A DNA stretch of 59,879 nucleotides, the filler included, from Sphacelaria rigidula (lineage: Eukaryota): NCBI GenBank assembly GCA_964200075.2. It is 9 parts of 9 records of this genome, joined end to end, with 100 filler letters (N's around TTAATTAATTAA, not from the genome) between each part and the next. Parts side by side here need not be neighbours in the genome. Positions count along the whole stretch, not along the records: positions 1 to 6,565 come from CAXNAA020019317.1; positions 6,666 to 13,230 come from CAXNAA020019318.1; 7 more parts are not named here. One strand, given 5' to 3'. Below, in pieces: positions 1-12,414 of the stretch. Each line of letters opens with the position of its first letter. Position 1 is the first letter of the stretch. The translations under genes and the position numbers were made by a program. The notes beneath the pieces were generated by a model. The model did not search any database, was not told where the DNA came from, and worked only from the letters and a program-made list of their open reading frames with translations.

Positions 1-55
1 CCATATTTTGTTTGAACCCCAAAATATAAAATCGGCTGTTATCTGCACGCTAGTG

Positions 56-502
56 TGCGATTGTAGGGGTGAGGATAGGGGCGGGATCGGTTTGCTTGTA
101 TGTATTTATGTATTTATGGCTACTACTACTACCTCTAGGTGTGGGAGAAGTAGTCTTGGGAGCCACGGACTTGGCCGTGGGACGTACCTAGACAGTTCAT
201 TCTTGTTTGGAGAGAGACTCCAGCGTCGAGATGAGACGTGACCTTCAGGGGGTGTGGGAAGACACGAGACGGGCTGGAGTTGGAGTATGGTGACTATTAC
301 TCCTGGGATGGGATAGACAATAACCCGAGAGGACAGACTGGTGTTCCAGAGGGAATGTTCCCGGAACTATGCCGGAAACATCAACATTCATTGAACGGAG
401 CGGATGGATCCATAAGATATTTTCGGAACTTCGGCGAGGGAGATATGGTCCCGTCGCGGTTGTGGACACGTGTAAGAATTTTGGACTACCTTGGTACTCA
501 CA
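56..502 (-). mobile_element. Probable solo LTR of the Gypsy family found at 7316-11874
   Basis: Positions ~125-502 align with the LTR at ~7320-7691 and share the terminus GGACTACC(T/C)T(G/A)GTACTCACA. TG...CA ends; flanks TAGTG (51-55) and TAGTA (503-507) could be a 5-bp TSD with one mismatch. Left boundary tentative. Confidence 0.7.
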
Positions 503-513
503 TAGTATATATT

Positions 514-984
514 CATGTACATGTATCATTTCACATTTTTCACCACTTTTGCCGAGTTTTCTCTGGCGACGAGGCACTTTTTCCCGCGCTTTCTGTTGTA
601 GCGCACTAAAAAGGCTCAGCGGTACATTACCGTTCAGGTTTGGGTGTCATGTGATACCTGTGGCGCGTGTTCTGGCTACCGAAAGTCGCTCAAACTGGCC
701 CTTTTTCGCGGGGAGTCGATTCCAAACCACAAGAAGAGTCTTTTCAAGATAATGAAAAACTTGAAACAGGAACCTGACCAGAAAAGCCCGTTGAAGATCA
801 TGGAGAACTTCGAACAAGATTACTTTCGGCGGGGTATTTTTTTCCCGTGTTTCTCTTTGTCGCGTTCTCGTTCATTTGGGAGCACGAGCACACCGGTTAT
901 GCCGCCAATGTCACGATAATATGAGAGCAAAGCAGTTTAAAGCAATTGACAATTGCCTTGACCTTAGTCACCAGCAAACGCAAG
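514..984 (+). repeat. Dispersed ~470-bp repeat of unknown class, copy 1 (copy 2 at 47175-47625)
   Basis: Direct alignment, e.g. shared CAGCGGTACATTACCGTTCAGGTTTGGG and ACCGAAAGTCG(C/T)TCAAACTG. Confidence 0.85.
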
Positions 985-1360
985 ACCGTGTAATGGGCCG
1001 TCGGCGAGTTGAACAAGGCACAGCACCTCGGCAGCACAGGAATGTTTTGTCGCAAAAAACGATCACCCTGTTTTAAAAGAAGGCCCGGTGATGTGGAAGC
1101 GACGGCGATGTACAAAGAACATGCAAAGAATGTTCCATGCAGTCCAATTTTTCGAGGAGTGTGTCCCGCTGTCATGTCTTTGTGGCACGAGAGCTACTTC
1201 GCACGCTGTGGCATCTCGGAAATACCACACATGTCCTACGCCGGCGGTTCCGCCGTCGACCTCTGTCCAGATTCCCATATTTCCGAACGACATCCGATAA
1301 CTCACGCGATGTTTTGTACAGCCGCAGTCCCCACTGTACATTGAGATACGATAGCCTCTC

Positions 1361-1470
1361 TTAACCCTTTGACCGCGAGGGTAGATCTCCTCCTGAATCG
1401 ACATCGATATTCACTTGGAAAAAGTGTGCAGGATCCAGATGGACTACCCGCACCGCGGTCTAAGAGTTAA
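1361..1470. mobile_element. ~110-bp piggyBac-like MITE, copy 1
   Basis: TTAA|CCCTTTGACCGCGAGGGTAG ... CTACCCGCACCGCGGTCTAAGAG|TTAA; imperfect TIRs with TTAA on both sides; multiple copies in window. Confidence 0.75.
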
Positions 1471-2729
1471 GCATAAATTTTCGACTGGCGTTACCCCGGG
1501 GAGGCCCGTACCGACGTCCCGAAGGGGAACCTTGTATATACATGTATGTTCCTTGACGGAAGGAAGGAGCCCAACCCAAATGACCCCGCAAGCGAGTTCG
1601 TGTGCCGGCTACCCGAAGGCTCGGCTAGACTGCCTCGCGGCAGTCATGTGGGGAGATGGGGATGTGGCATATGAACAAATGGACGCGCTTGTTCCATGTG
1701 CACCTCCTGTGCCATCGTCGGTGGTGCGGCATAGAGAACAGAGAAACAAGGAAACATGAACATTGACGAGTTCTTCACGCATGAAGTATCTCAGCGAGCC
1801 ATGACCGTGCCTGTCACCCGTCTGCGCATGGTACTGTACCAGTGAAGTGATTGAACCACTCCAACATATCTATTTGCCAGTGTCCGCAGCTTAGCATTTT
1901 TTGCTGTGTATCATGTGTCACGCAAGCACCAAGCCTGTACGTCGAGACCAGCCCATCGTGACCTTAGCGTATTTTTTCGATTTGAATGTTCATAATTATC
2001 TCTCAAGGTAAAATAATCTTTATTCAAATGATCGTGTTGATCAGAAGACGGTACAACAACAATAGCTGCTGCGTGCTGTGCGCCCAGGCACTTCACCGCC
2101 TTCTTGCAGTAGGTCAGAGCAAGACGAGCAAGATGTGTTTCAAGTCTTAATTATGAATACTATCCACACGTAGGAAATCAGGCGAAGAGAGTATTTGATG
2201 GCTTTTTGCACAGTAGAAACTCGACAGAGGGAACAGTATACTAGCTTCTTGTACCGTTCACTCCTCCTTCACTCCTGACTCACCTATCGAACATACACCA
2301 TAGAACGCACGCTCCGCCCGAGCTACTACGAAACTCCGAAATGCAAGAAAACAAGCCAAGTGACTCGGTGTGGGCGTCTCGTGACATATGCGGTACAATC
2401 GTCACTATACAATCTCGCCTACGTGAGTGGTCCATTTTCGGACTGCCCCGCTAATCCATTCTGCGTTCACTCTGATCGTACTTGCACACGATCCAACACT
2501 ACTACACATGCACAAGGATCTAGTCCGGGCATATTCGAGTAAAGACGTGAGGAAATCGCGTGAGAGAGGGAGGCGTAAAGCACCACCCTGTCACGATTGC
2601 CCAAAATCCAAAATCTTCTGTCGGCGCAAGAGCCGCAACCAGATACGCGTGCAGCTCTCAAATGTAAAACTCGAATTAATTTGTCGTTCCTCAACCACAG
2701 GGGAACTTGTGAATAACAATCCTGAGTGA

Positions 2730-2970
2730 TGCTACGGTAGGGTAGCACTTTTTGAGCGAAAATATTTCTCTGGGTGTTGCACGGATCATTTTGAGCATCG
2801 GCATCATTTTCACTTGAAAAAGAATGAAAATGATGCCGATTGACGGAAATGCCCCTGTGTGCATCTCCATGTCCTGTCCTCGGAGACTTGGGTTGCAAAG
2901 TAAGCCCCATATATTTGGGCTCCTACAAAAACGAGGCCCAGAAACAAAAAATGCAATCCCTATCGTAGCA
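2730..2970. mobile_element. Putative ~240-bp MITE
   Basis: Imperfect ~24-bp inverted ends TGCTACGGTAGGGTAGCACTTTTT and AAAAATGCAATCCCTATCGTAGCA; no coding capacity; TSD not clear. Confidence 0.45.
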
Positions 2971-3199
2971 CTGTTCTCCTATAGAACTTGAATACCCCGC
3001 AATTTCCTCCCTCGTGCGTGCTGCCTTCTGTTCGTAGATGAGCTATCTTGACCATCCTCCCTGGCTTCATCGACTAACAAGCCCGCGCATGACGAGATTG
3101 TTATCAAATATACTACATCAGCTAAAACCCCCTACTATATCATCGCTTATCTTAAACAATAGTCCACGACAATAAAAATAAAATGGCGGAATCTACGCC

Positions 3200-6100
3200 C
3201 TGCCTAACAGGAAATCGCGAGTCTTTCGAAACTCTCTCTACCAACGGCTTTCGTAAGAATATCCGCATCCTGATCTTCTGATTGAAGATACTTTGCAAAA
3301 ATGCCACCAATAGCAGCCAGCTTTCTAAAAAAATGGTGCCGTACGGTGATGTGCTTTCTGTAGGACAAGCTCACGGGGTTTTGGTAATGCCTACGGCCCC
3401 CTTCTTGTTCTCGAAAACGCCAATGCTTATCGACCCCAAACTGGTTATTGGGAGCGTCAGAATCCCTCTCACATATGGGACCTCCTTGACACCGTCTGCC
3501 ATTGCCACATACTCTGCCTCAATCGCAAATGACGCACTTCTGCGCCCTAGAGAACCTCGACAACAATATCGCACCTCCGCAGCAAATAGCTACACCGGAA
3601 ACGGAATGTCGGTCCTCCACCTTTTGGGCGAAGCCTCCGTAAACGTACGTATCGAAGTCGTACCACCTTACGAGATACGGATACCCAACCGGAGGGCAGG
3701 CGGAAAAAATAAACATCGGTGTCCAACCCCGACTGAATGAAAGCCTGGTCTATATCCAAGTGCCTCAAATCCCAGTCTAAGTTATATGCCATAGCCGCCA
3801 CTCACCTGTTTGAAGTAGCAGGTGCCGTAGGGGCAAACATATCCAAGTAGTCTACTCCTACCTCACGGCATCCCATAGCTACCATACGGGCTTTCGCCCG
3901 GTCAACCTTACCATGTGAATCATTCTTCCACTTATACAGCCACTTAGCGTCCACAATGTTGCCCTCCTCAGGAATGTCATTCACCTCCGCAAACGTTCCG
4001 GAAGCCATGAGTCCATCGACTTTTATCTTTTGCTTCCACACATCCGAGTATTACAATGAGCATGCCGCAGAATATGACAACGGCTCCTGCCTCGCTTCTC
4101 GGACGCGACATCTAGGGATCTCGCCCGACTGATGGGTAACCCCCTTTACCGCAAGCAGTCCATGGCTTATTCTCCCTCTTCATCGGGTCGTAAAATTGTC
4201 ACAAGATCAGCCGATCCTTGATTGAGTGCTCACGCCTGCGCTCTTGTTCGTCCAAGCTCCTCGCCATTTCCAGATTCAATCAGATTTGACTCCAGTTGGC
4301 GTGCTGTAGTCCGCGCTGCCGTTGGAACTGGAACACCTTCGTCCGATGAAGACGGATCGCTCCCCTCGACAGGTCGCCGTCGGCGACGGCTCAATACTTA
4401 CCGATGGCAAATAAACACCTGAGGATGCAGTGGTGTTGTCGGGGGTCGGCTGATTTTCATCTCCAAGAGAACCCCGCTTACCTTCACCACCATGGTCTGT
4501 ACTCTTCGCCTGAGATGTCACTCGACGCTGATGGGGGATTCCTCTCCCCAGTAATGGTAATAGAGTCGGTGGGGCAGAATCGAAATCATCCAGCCCTCCC
4601 AGCACTGGAGAGTCTCTCAGTTCCGATGCACCTTCCGGTTATGACGTCCCGCTCAGCTCTGGCGCCCCTTGTCGGATGTACCGGCGGCACCACCTTGACC
4701 AGCGGCGCCTCCCAGGTGACGTCCCTTGTCTCCACTCCTTTGTTCGCCCGCGTCAGTATCCGCAATGAATCGTGGGGGTGGTCAATGACGCGCCCGAGGT
4801 ATAAGCTACTTTCGCACTTCGGGAACGGCTTTGACGGGCGGTTCCAGCAGCAATAGCCCGGACGAAGAAACGGGTGCAGAACTCAGGTGCTGCCTTACAG
4901 TGCCACATCTCGTACGGTGATTTATTACCTGGGTTGGACGTCGTCGCGTGTGATTTCAGAGCGTCGCACGCCCAGTATATTGTCTCAGCTTACATGGTCT
5001 CCGATGGTGGCAGCTCGAAATGTTGTAAGAAGATGGGGGCTTGGATGCGAGCGGCGAGCGGGGCATTTCGAATGATACCTAGAGCTCTCTCGGCAACGCT
5101 GTTCAGCTCCGAACACTTCGCTCTGGTTATTTGCTGCTTTATGCAGCAGTGCCTGCACGCGTCCTCAAAACCACCACAGAAAACTCTCCTGTGTCTTCAG
5201 ATCTAACTATATTATTACTTCCGAAGGTACACCATCCACACGTACATGAACCAAGAACTTCCTGAAGCGTCAGCGGTCGGACTCATGCTTGAGAAAGTAT
5301 ACCGGGTAAAGTGGTCCTTCACTGCATCACGTATTTCTCCCCTAGCAATTAAGGAGTTATCTTAGGACCATTAAGATGAACAAAATCTCTTCCTACCTTT
5401 TGTGAAGCACGAGATTTCGTGCTGTTCGCAGTCGGCTTCCGGTACCCTTTTGCCATGGAGCATCCGTTACACGATCCAAAGTCACCCAGCAATTCTATAC
5501 CAAGCGATTTGGCTGTCCCTCAACAGAAAGTCGTTGGCATGTGCCTGCACGCAGTGGAAATGTTCATGTCTACAGGAATCTCACGTGAGTCGGTAATACC
5601 GACGGCTATCACAGGGAATACCAGGGGAACATGGTGGTCAGGTTGCACTAAACTTTCGATGGACCCGGGAACCAACAAAGGGGAAAGGGATGCAGTCATC
5701 GTCAGGACCAATCCTTCTACCACACTTCAAAACCTAAGATGTCCAGCCAGTAGGGCCAGAATCATACCCGAGTCAATTAGTCGTGAAGCCTGCTCCTCGT
5801 GGGTGCGCAGTCGCCAATGAAAAACGATTGAAAGCCAAACCGAGTACGTATGCCACCTTATCAAGCTTTACTTTTGTCCCCCCTGCTTTGTTGGGGAGAA
5901 CTACACTTAACGACCCATACCCCTCGACGTTGATTAAGGTGCTACGAACGATCTTAACCTTATCCTCTGATGGTTGCACACCACGGAGCAAGTAAGCTAA
6001 TTTCGTCATATGAAAGGTTGCACCACTGTCAGGTATCCACCTTTCAGTACCACCCTTGCTTCTGTCGTGTTTTCCTATCGCATCCTTCTTACTTTGCACA

Positions 6101-6262
6101 CCAACTGAAAGACACACTATGATATCACCAGGGCTGCCCGGTGATTGCTTCGTGGCTGGGATGACGTGCGCGGTACATTCGAACTATGGATATCCTGGCT
6201 CCAAGCAACGGTGGCATTTGTTTCGCATGTCGTCGTACTTCTTGCCTACCTTTTTGTATTAA
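3200..6262 (-). mobile_element. Degenerate Ty1/Copia LTR retrotransposon gag-pol (frameshifts, stops, internal deletion)
   Basis: Minus-strand motifs in Copia order: gag zinc knuckle CHRCLEPGYP*FEC (~6170-6225), protease WIPDSGATFHMT, integrase (DHFTRYT..., NSVAERALGII), RT (KWLYKWK...RAKARMVAMG, LRHLDIDQAF), RNase H (DRHSVSG, EAEYVAM, DADILTK at ~3260). LTRs not identified. Confidence 0.92.
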
Positions 6263-6389
6263 CAGCCGATTATAAATTTTGGGGTTCAACACTAAAATGG
6301 GGCTGAAGTCGCATTTCTCTATTGCAGGGAAGATACGAAAGCGTACACGGAGCGAAAGTATCTTCCTCCGCAAAACTCCGCAGGAGAAG

Positions 6390-6499
6390 TTAACCGTTAG
6401 ACCGCGAGAGTAGGTCACCTGCTGAATCGGCATCAATATTCAGTTGAAAAAAGCACACGTTGTCCAGATGGACTACCGGCCACGCGGTCCAAGGTTTAA
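6390..6499. mobile_element. ~110-bp piggyBac-like MITE, copy 2
   Basis: TTAACCGTTAGACCGCGAGAGTAGG ... CACGCGGTCCAAGGTTTAA; aligns with 1361-1470. Confidence 0.75.
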
Positions 6500-6565
6500 G
6501 CAACTCTGGCTAGGTGCACCCAACGAATGCGACGTACACGCGTGTCGATGACGATATCACCAGAG

Positions 6566-6665
6566 NNNNNNNNNNNNNNNNNNNNNNNNNNNNNNNNNNN
6601 NNNNNNNNNTTAATTAATTAANNNNNNNNNNNNNNNNNNNNNNNNNNNNNNNNNNNNNNNNNNNN
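6566..6665. other. Artificial contig-joining spacer
   Basis: 44 N + TTAATTAATTAA (stops in six frames) + 44 N. Confidence 0.99.
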
Positions 6666-6759
6666 CATGCCCCAGGACATCGTCTATGCGCGCTTCAACC
6701 TTCTCTTTTTATTCAACAATCACAGCACGCTGGCCCCCCCCCCCCCCCCCCCCCCCGTG

Positions 6760-7062
6760 CATCGTGAGACACCTATGAGACAGTGTAACCTTTGCTGTCT
6801 CTGGAAGCGGCAATACCAGTAAATGGAGCAACTCATTGTAGGTTTTCATCCGCATGCAAGATAACGAGTACGCTTCGAGTCGAACAATCTTAGCAGGATG
6901 CAATTTACCCTTCATGCGACTCGCCGAACACATCACGTTGTTTTGCGCTTGGTGATTGCGAGCCTGGTCCGGCGAAAAGCCTGCGTGCTCCGCCCCGGCT
7001 GTGGAGGGGTGCGAAATTAATGTTCTTATGGCAACGTCATGCAAGATCATGAGTACACCCGC
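6760..7062 (+). repeat. Abundant dispersed repeat family bordered by C-tracts (class unknown)
   Basis: Shares GCAACTCATTG..., CCCTTCATGCGACTCGCCGAACA and the 3' ATCATGAGTAC(A)CCC with copies at 13331-13392, 19705-19895, 21398-21600 (minus) and 58020-59800. Confidence 0.85.
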
Positions 7063-7315
7063 TCCAAAGAAGGAGAGCTTCAACCCCGAAAAGCGCGTTC
7101 CTCAATCATGAGTGAATTATGGTCCTTAAGCCTTTTGGAACTCGCGAAAACAGTACAAAATTCTCATGTGCAAGCTTTCTTCACGTAAAAACGTCACTTC
7201 GTGTTCAGTGCATGAATCTGTCACATCAATATTCTTAAACTGAGATTGGTGCGCCGTTTTGGTGGGCTGCATCATCAACGGTTGCAGAAAAACAGCCATA
7301 TCTTGCCCAAGAAAA

Positions 7316-7691
7316 TGATGCTACTAACCCTAGGAGTCGGAGAAGTAGTCTCAGGGAGCCACGGGCTTGGCCGTGGGACGTACCTAGACAGTTCGTTCTT
7401 GTGTGGAGGGAGACTCCAGGGTTGAGATGAGAAGTGATCTCGAGGGATGCCGGGAGAGGCACCACCTCGAGTTGGAGTATGACTATTACTCCGGGGACGG
7501 GATAGACAATGACCCGAGGGGACAGACTAGTGTTCCAGAGGGAACGTTCCCGGAACTATGCCGGAGACATGGACATTCATGGAACGGGCGGAGGGATCCA
7601 TGAGATATTCTCGGGAACTATGCCGAGGGAGATATGGTTCAGTCGCGATTGTGGACACGTGGAAGTCTTGTGGACTACCCTAGTACTCACA
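7316..7691 (-). repeat. 3' LTR of Gypsy element, with adjacent polypurine tract
   Basis: On the minus strand GGGGGGGGTGA (~7692-7702) directly precedes TGTGAGTACTAGGGTAGTCC; sequence aligns with the copy at ~125-502. Left end approximate. Confidence 0.8.
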
Positions 7692-10600
7692 TCACCCCCC
7701 CCAGATATGACGGTGTTGAGCCGGCTACTCCGTCAAATCTAAGAAAAATGCAGTACTGGGTTGGATTCAAGTCATTCGTGTCTAGAAACGCGTGTGAGAG
7801 TTTCAACAATAATACTTGCTTTGATGAGTATACTGTTGAGAGATATGAACAAGGCATGAAATAATGAAAGGCTGAATGTACCAGAGGACATGACATTTTG
7901 AGATACTGGAAGAAGTGAAGGTAGTAACTCATTTGGTCAGAATCAGACGAAGGAATCATATTCAAAATGATGGGCATAGCTGATGGACAACACAGATAGG
8001 TAGATAGATAGCGCGCTTGTGACACTCTTATCGAAATTCCCTATTTGACCAGTGTCGGTGGTAGTGGACAACTACCGTTGATGCTTCTGACATACTCGTG
8101 TTTTTTGTGAGCAACTTTTTATACGTTAACACGAAACAGCAGGGACTTGCTTTGTGAGATGTCAAGATAAGCTGCACAATACTGGGTGTATTTCGTTTTT
8201 TTACACCTTGGAATTATGAGGAGAGCATGGTGGGAGTTGCATAATTTGTATGGCTATCGATATGTGTAGGTGTCTAGTGGGTATATCTTGGGGGAAAGTG
8301 CTGTGAGGTGTGACCGACGGTACTTTTAAACCTTCACTCGGTCGACGAAAACCACCTGAAGATGTGGGTAAGCATGGCGGAAGACAGTATGACCCATGAT
8401 ACTTTCAAACCATTTGTTGGGTTACAGCCGTCGATGGCTTGGGATGGTAAATAAATGCTGAGAGATTCCCGATCGACAATCCATGCTCAAGCGAATCCAT
8501 CCCTGTGATGACAGGTCGTGCCTTGTGAATGTTTTTTTAACAGTATTGCAGCATTTCTGTGATCAATTTTCAGTCGTGTAATTTTCCTTCGATGACCTCA
8601 ACATGTAGCACACTTGGTACTCACCGTCATGTATGACACCTTTTATGCACCTTTACCATTCACTCGATGTGCAACGGAACATGTACGATTATACAACCTC
8701 GTGTACTGTGAACGTCGAGTCAACTATTTCGCTATTAATGCTGTCCCCAACGATATTAATCCGAGAAAAAAAAATCACGCACACATACACATTGACTAGA
8801 CTTGAGGTGACCCTCGTAAGCGAAATCCTATGGCATGATCTATCAAAACGATATTCCATCCCACAACCCAGCCCAGAGAAAAAACGAATGCGGTACAACA
8901 TACGATCAACTCCAACAAAAATCCATGCTGATAGAACGGATTGCTTGATCCGCGGTAGGAAGACCCGAATATGCTCCAATTCCCGTGTACGACTGATCGG
9001 TACTCGTAGCATACATGATAGACACTATTAATTCCTAAGTTAACATACATGAAATGACACGGCGAGCAACAAACTCAATATATTCGACGAAACATCCGTT
9101 CGACATCAGCCGTTGACGTCCACAGATGTAGATACTCCTGGTAGGCGGCGGTACTTGCGAAATCGGCACCTGAGGGGATGGTGGGGACAAGAGGGGTACC
9201 TACACATGGAATACCCAAGAGTATCAAGAGACAACGGATCGCGATTTCCGTTATGGCCGATCGAACGCGGTGGAATTCCGCGACAAGACTTCCGCACGAT
9301 ATGACGCGATCATCTGCGTGCATTGGGGTAGGGCAGACACATGACGCCACACCCCAGAATGAGGGGGATAATCTTTGAATTTTAGGTGACATTGAAAGTT
9401 CGTATTCGATGCTGCTCCCACACCTCTTTTGTGACCATCTATTCCCTCGATTGTGAACAAGCCAAATTTGACTGATTTGTCACCGCTCAAATCGGGGATT
9501 GGCAACTTTGTTCCTAAGAACACATGGTCCAGAACTGCGTGCGTGGTCAACGGTAGATATGGAGAGGACGGAGCTCGATATTTGTTGAGTCTGCCGAACT
9601 GGACGGAAATTTCGGCTACTTCGCCATCTTTACAGACACGATAACCGACTGGCGAGATTTGACAACGAACAGTGTATGGTCCACGTCATGGGCTGATTAG
9701 CTCAGGGTTGGGACCATCAGTGTCCGTGTAAGGACGGTGGATCAGGACTTGATCGCCTGCGACGAATTTGGGAAATGATCATTTGTCGTTTGCACTAGCT
9801 TGGTTGTCCTACCGTTCTCTGAGATTCCGGCAAGCCAACTCATATGCTAGTTGCGATTTATTGAAAGTCTCGCGCGTATAATCCAGGGGAGACTGGAGCG
9901 CGGTTGTTGACGGTACACCAAGAATTAGATAGATGGGTAATACGACGGAACAGCCGAACATCAAAAAGTGCGGTGTTTCGTGAAGCGTCGATGAACAGGC
10001 TGTGTTATGTGCCAGTTGGGCAAACGGCAACATATCTGCCCGGTTAGAACACGCAAGATCACTGTATATCGCCAACATTTTGTATACCGTACTGTGGACT
10101 CGTTCAAGAACGGAGTTACCTGGGGGAAGATATGGTGTGGTTCGAGTCTTCTTATATCTGAATCCGGTTCGAAGATCCCTGACGAGTTGGTTTTCGAAGT
10201 CTGGACCTTGGTCTGAGTGTAATGTCTCAGGGGGACCAAAGATGGAAAATACTTGTTCCACCATATGACGGGCGACGGTTATAGCCTCTTTGTTGGGGAT
10301 AGCAATAAGGACTACAAATCGCGTTACGTGATCAATCACTGACAAGATAAATCAGTCGACTAGGGAGCGGGATTTATACTCAAGGAGGTCGACCGCGACA
10401 CATTGAAATGTCCTGTTGATAGGACGGTGACCGACCGGTAACAACACTGGTGGTGGCCATGTTGACGACTTGCGCCTTTGGCATGATTGACAGCAGTCAA
10501 CGTGGCCTTTAACATCAGCGTGTACTGTGGGCCACCAGTACTTATCACGCACTCGATCGAAAGTACCTTTGGACGCTAGATGACCACCCGGAACTGGAAG

Positions 10601-11874
10601 GTCATGGCAAGCTTTCATGACAAGGGGACGTGACGTATCAGGTACCACTAATTGATCCCGAAAATCGCTTCGTTTCCGCAAATGACCTGGCAGGTAAAAG
10701 CGAAAAAGTAATTTCTCGTGGAGGAAAAAATAGCTCATCGTGCGTGTGGTTTCCTTCTAAGGAAGGGGGGAGGACTTGGGTCATTGAGATAGTCGATGTA
10801 AGGACCGAACTCTTCATGTTGTTGTTTCGCAATTTGAGCGGGATCTGCAACGGGGAAAATAGATACGACACTTGTGAACATATCGCGGTCGCTCTCGACA
10901 GGGGGATATTATCTAACTGATGGGCAGATCCTTCGAAGTATTGGGGAGACAGGCGATGATACGGTCGATCATCCGGTACGTCACGGCAGATAGATGGCTG
11001 CTAGTCTGGGTTCAGATTGAATTCCTTTACCGTGTGTGTCACTGAAAAGGCGAGACAACGCATCTGATACAACGTTTAATTTCCCGGGAACATGTTTCAC
11101 CGTGGAATCGAAGCTCTGCAGTTGGATTGACCATCAAGTTGGCATATTGCTGGTGTCTTGCATATGATATAAATACGTGAGAGCTTGGTGATCTGTCTAG
11201 CAAGTGAAATGACGACCCTAGAGATGAGACCTCCAGTGTAGTAGGGACCAAACAACACTGCAACATTATTTCATAGTGGGGCTAGAGTAACGCTGTGATT
11301 TGGAGAAACGCTTAGAGAAATACGTGATGATGTCAACGTCATTCGGGTTGGTGCCGTCTTCAGACCGCTGCCCGAGAAATGACTCCGAACCAAGATTAGA
11401 AGCATCGCAGTGTACGACAAATCCTCGAGAAAAATCTGGGACGGGTGCCGATGTGAGCAGTCGTTTGCGAAGTCGTTTTCTCGCTCACTACCCCACGCCC
11501 TTTGAACAGGCGTTTGATGGTGAATTATTTCCGGGTGAAATCGACTAGAGGTGCCATGATGTCGGCGTAATCTTGGATGAATCGGCGCACAAAATTTACC
11601 ATGCCCAGTACAGAGCAAAGGTCTTTGATAAAATCGGGGTAGGTGAGCCGTTGATAGCTTGAATGTGGTCTTGACCTAAAAACTGAAATACCATCGGCCG
11701 AAATGACATGACCGAGGTATGACACCTGTTTGGGGCCGAAACGGACTTTTAAGGGCTTGAGAGTTAAGCCCGCGGCTTCTATAGCTGCGAATGCACGTTC
11801 GAGAGATTTCAAATGCTCCTCAAACGCGGAACGGAGACAGATGAAGTTACTTATGGACTACCCTGGTACTCACA
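7316..11874 (-). mobile_element. Degenerate, 5'-deleted Ty3/Gypsy LTR retrotransposon with integrase C-terminal chromodomain
   Basis: Minus strand in Gypsy order: RT C-terminal part (GLTLKPLK...YLGHVIS, LGMVNFVRRFI), RNase H (CDAS, FSKRF, TDHQAL, NVVSDALS), integrase HHCC (CHD...GHL...YWWP...CQSCQ), DDE core (VDLLE, HSDQG, SVLERVH), GPY motif (SP*RGPYTV) and chromodomain-like tail (9299-9457); PPT and 3' LTR; 20-bp LTR tip at 11855-11874. Confidence 0.93.
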
Positions 11875-12249
11875 AAAACGTCAACTGTAAATCGTCACTT
11901 TTCCATCAACGGTTCCAGAAGGGTTAACTATTCTCCAACGGAACGCCCGTCGATGCCACGGACAGATCTTCGGCGGCTTTTACCAACTCCACACACTGAC
12001 GTGGCGCGTATCCTCGGCTACAAGGCGACTTTTTTCGCTCCTGAGTTCACCACCCTAACATCGAGGCAGGGGTACAGGTGGCAACAGCACTTAGGAAATA
12101 ACCTGTTAAGAAAGCGAGGTTCAAATTTTTCACATTTTAAGAAATTGATACTAAGAAGTTTTGCTCAGATCGGAGCGAAATTAAGGATAAGAAATTGAAA
12201 GATGCAAGAGGCTCGGCGGGTAAGACATCTGTCATCGCTCATGCCCCCT

Positions 12250-12405
12250 TGTGTATGTGTGTGTGTGTTGTTGTCGTCCAATTTATTCTGGACGCCAGTC
12301 CACACCTTTCGGTATATGCGGGCACATTAGCAGGGTTCACACAGGAGGAAGGCCAACACAGAAGTTTTTTTTTGTTTTTGTTTATTGTAGTGCTCCACCT
12401 TTCTC
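12250..12405 (-). mobile_element. tRNA-derived SINE family A, 3' fragment
   Basis: Reverse complement of the 3' half of the copies at 22128 and 43996 (ATTCTGGACGCCAGTC, CACACAGGAGGAAGG) with (GT)n tail. Confidence 0.8.
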
Positions 12406-12414
12406 CTGGGGTGT

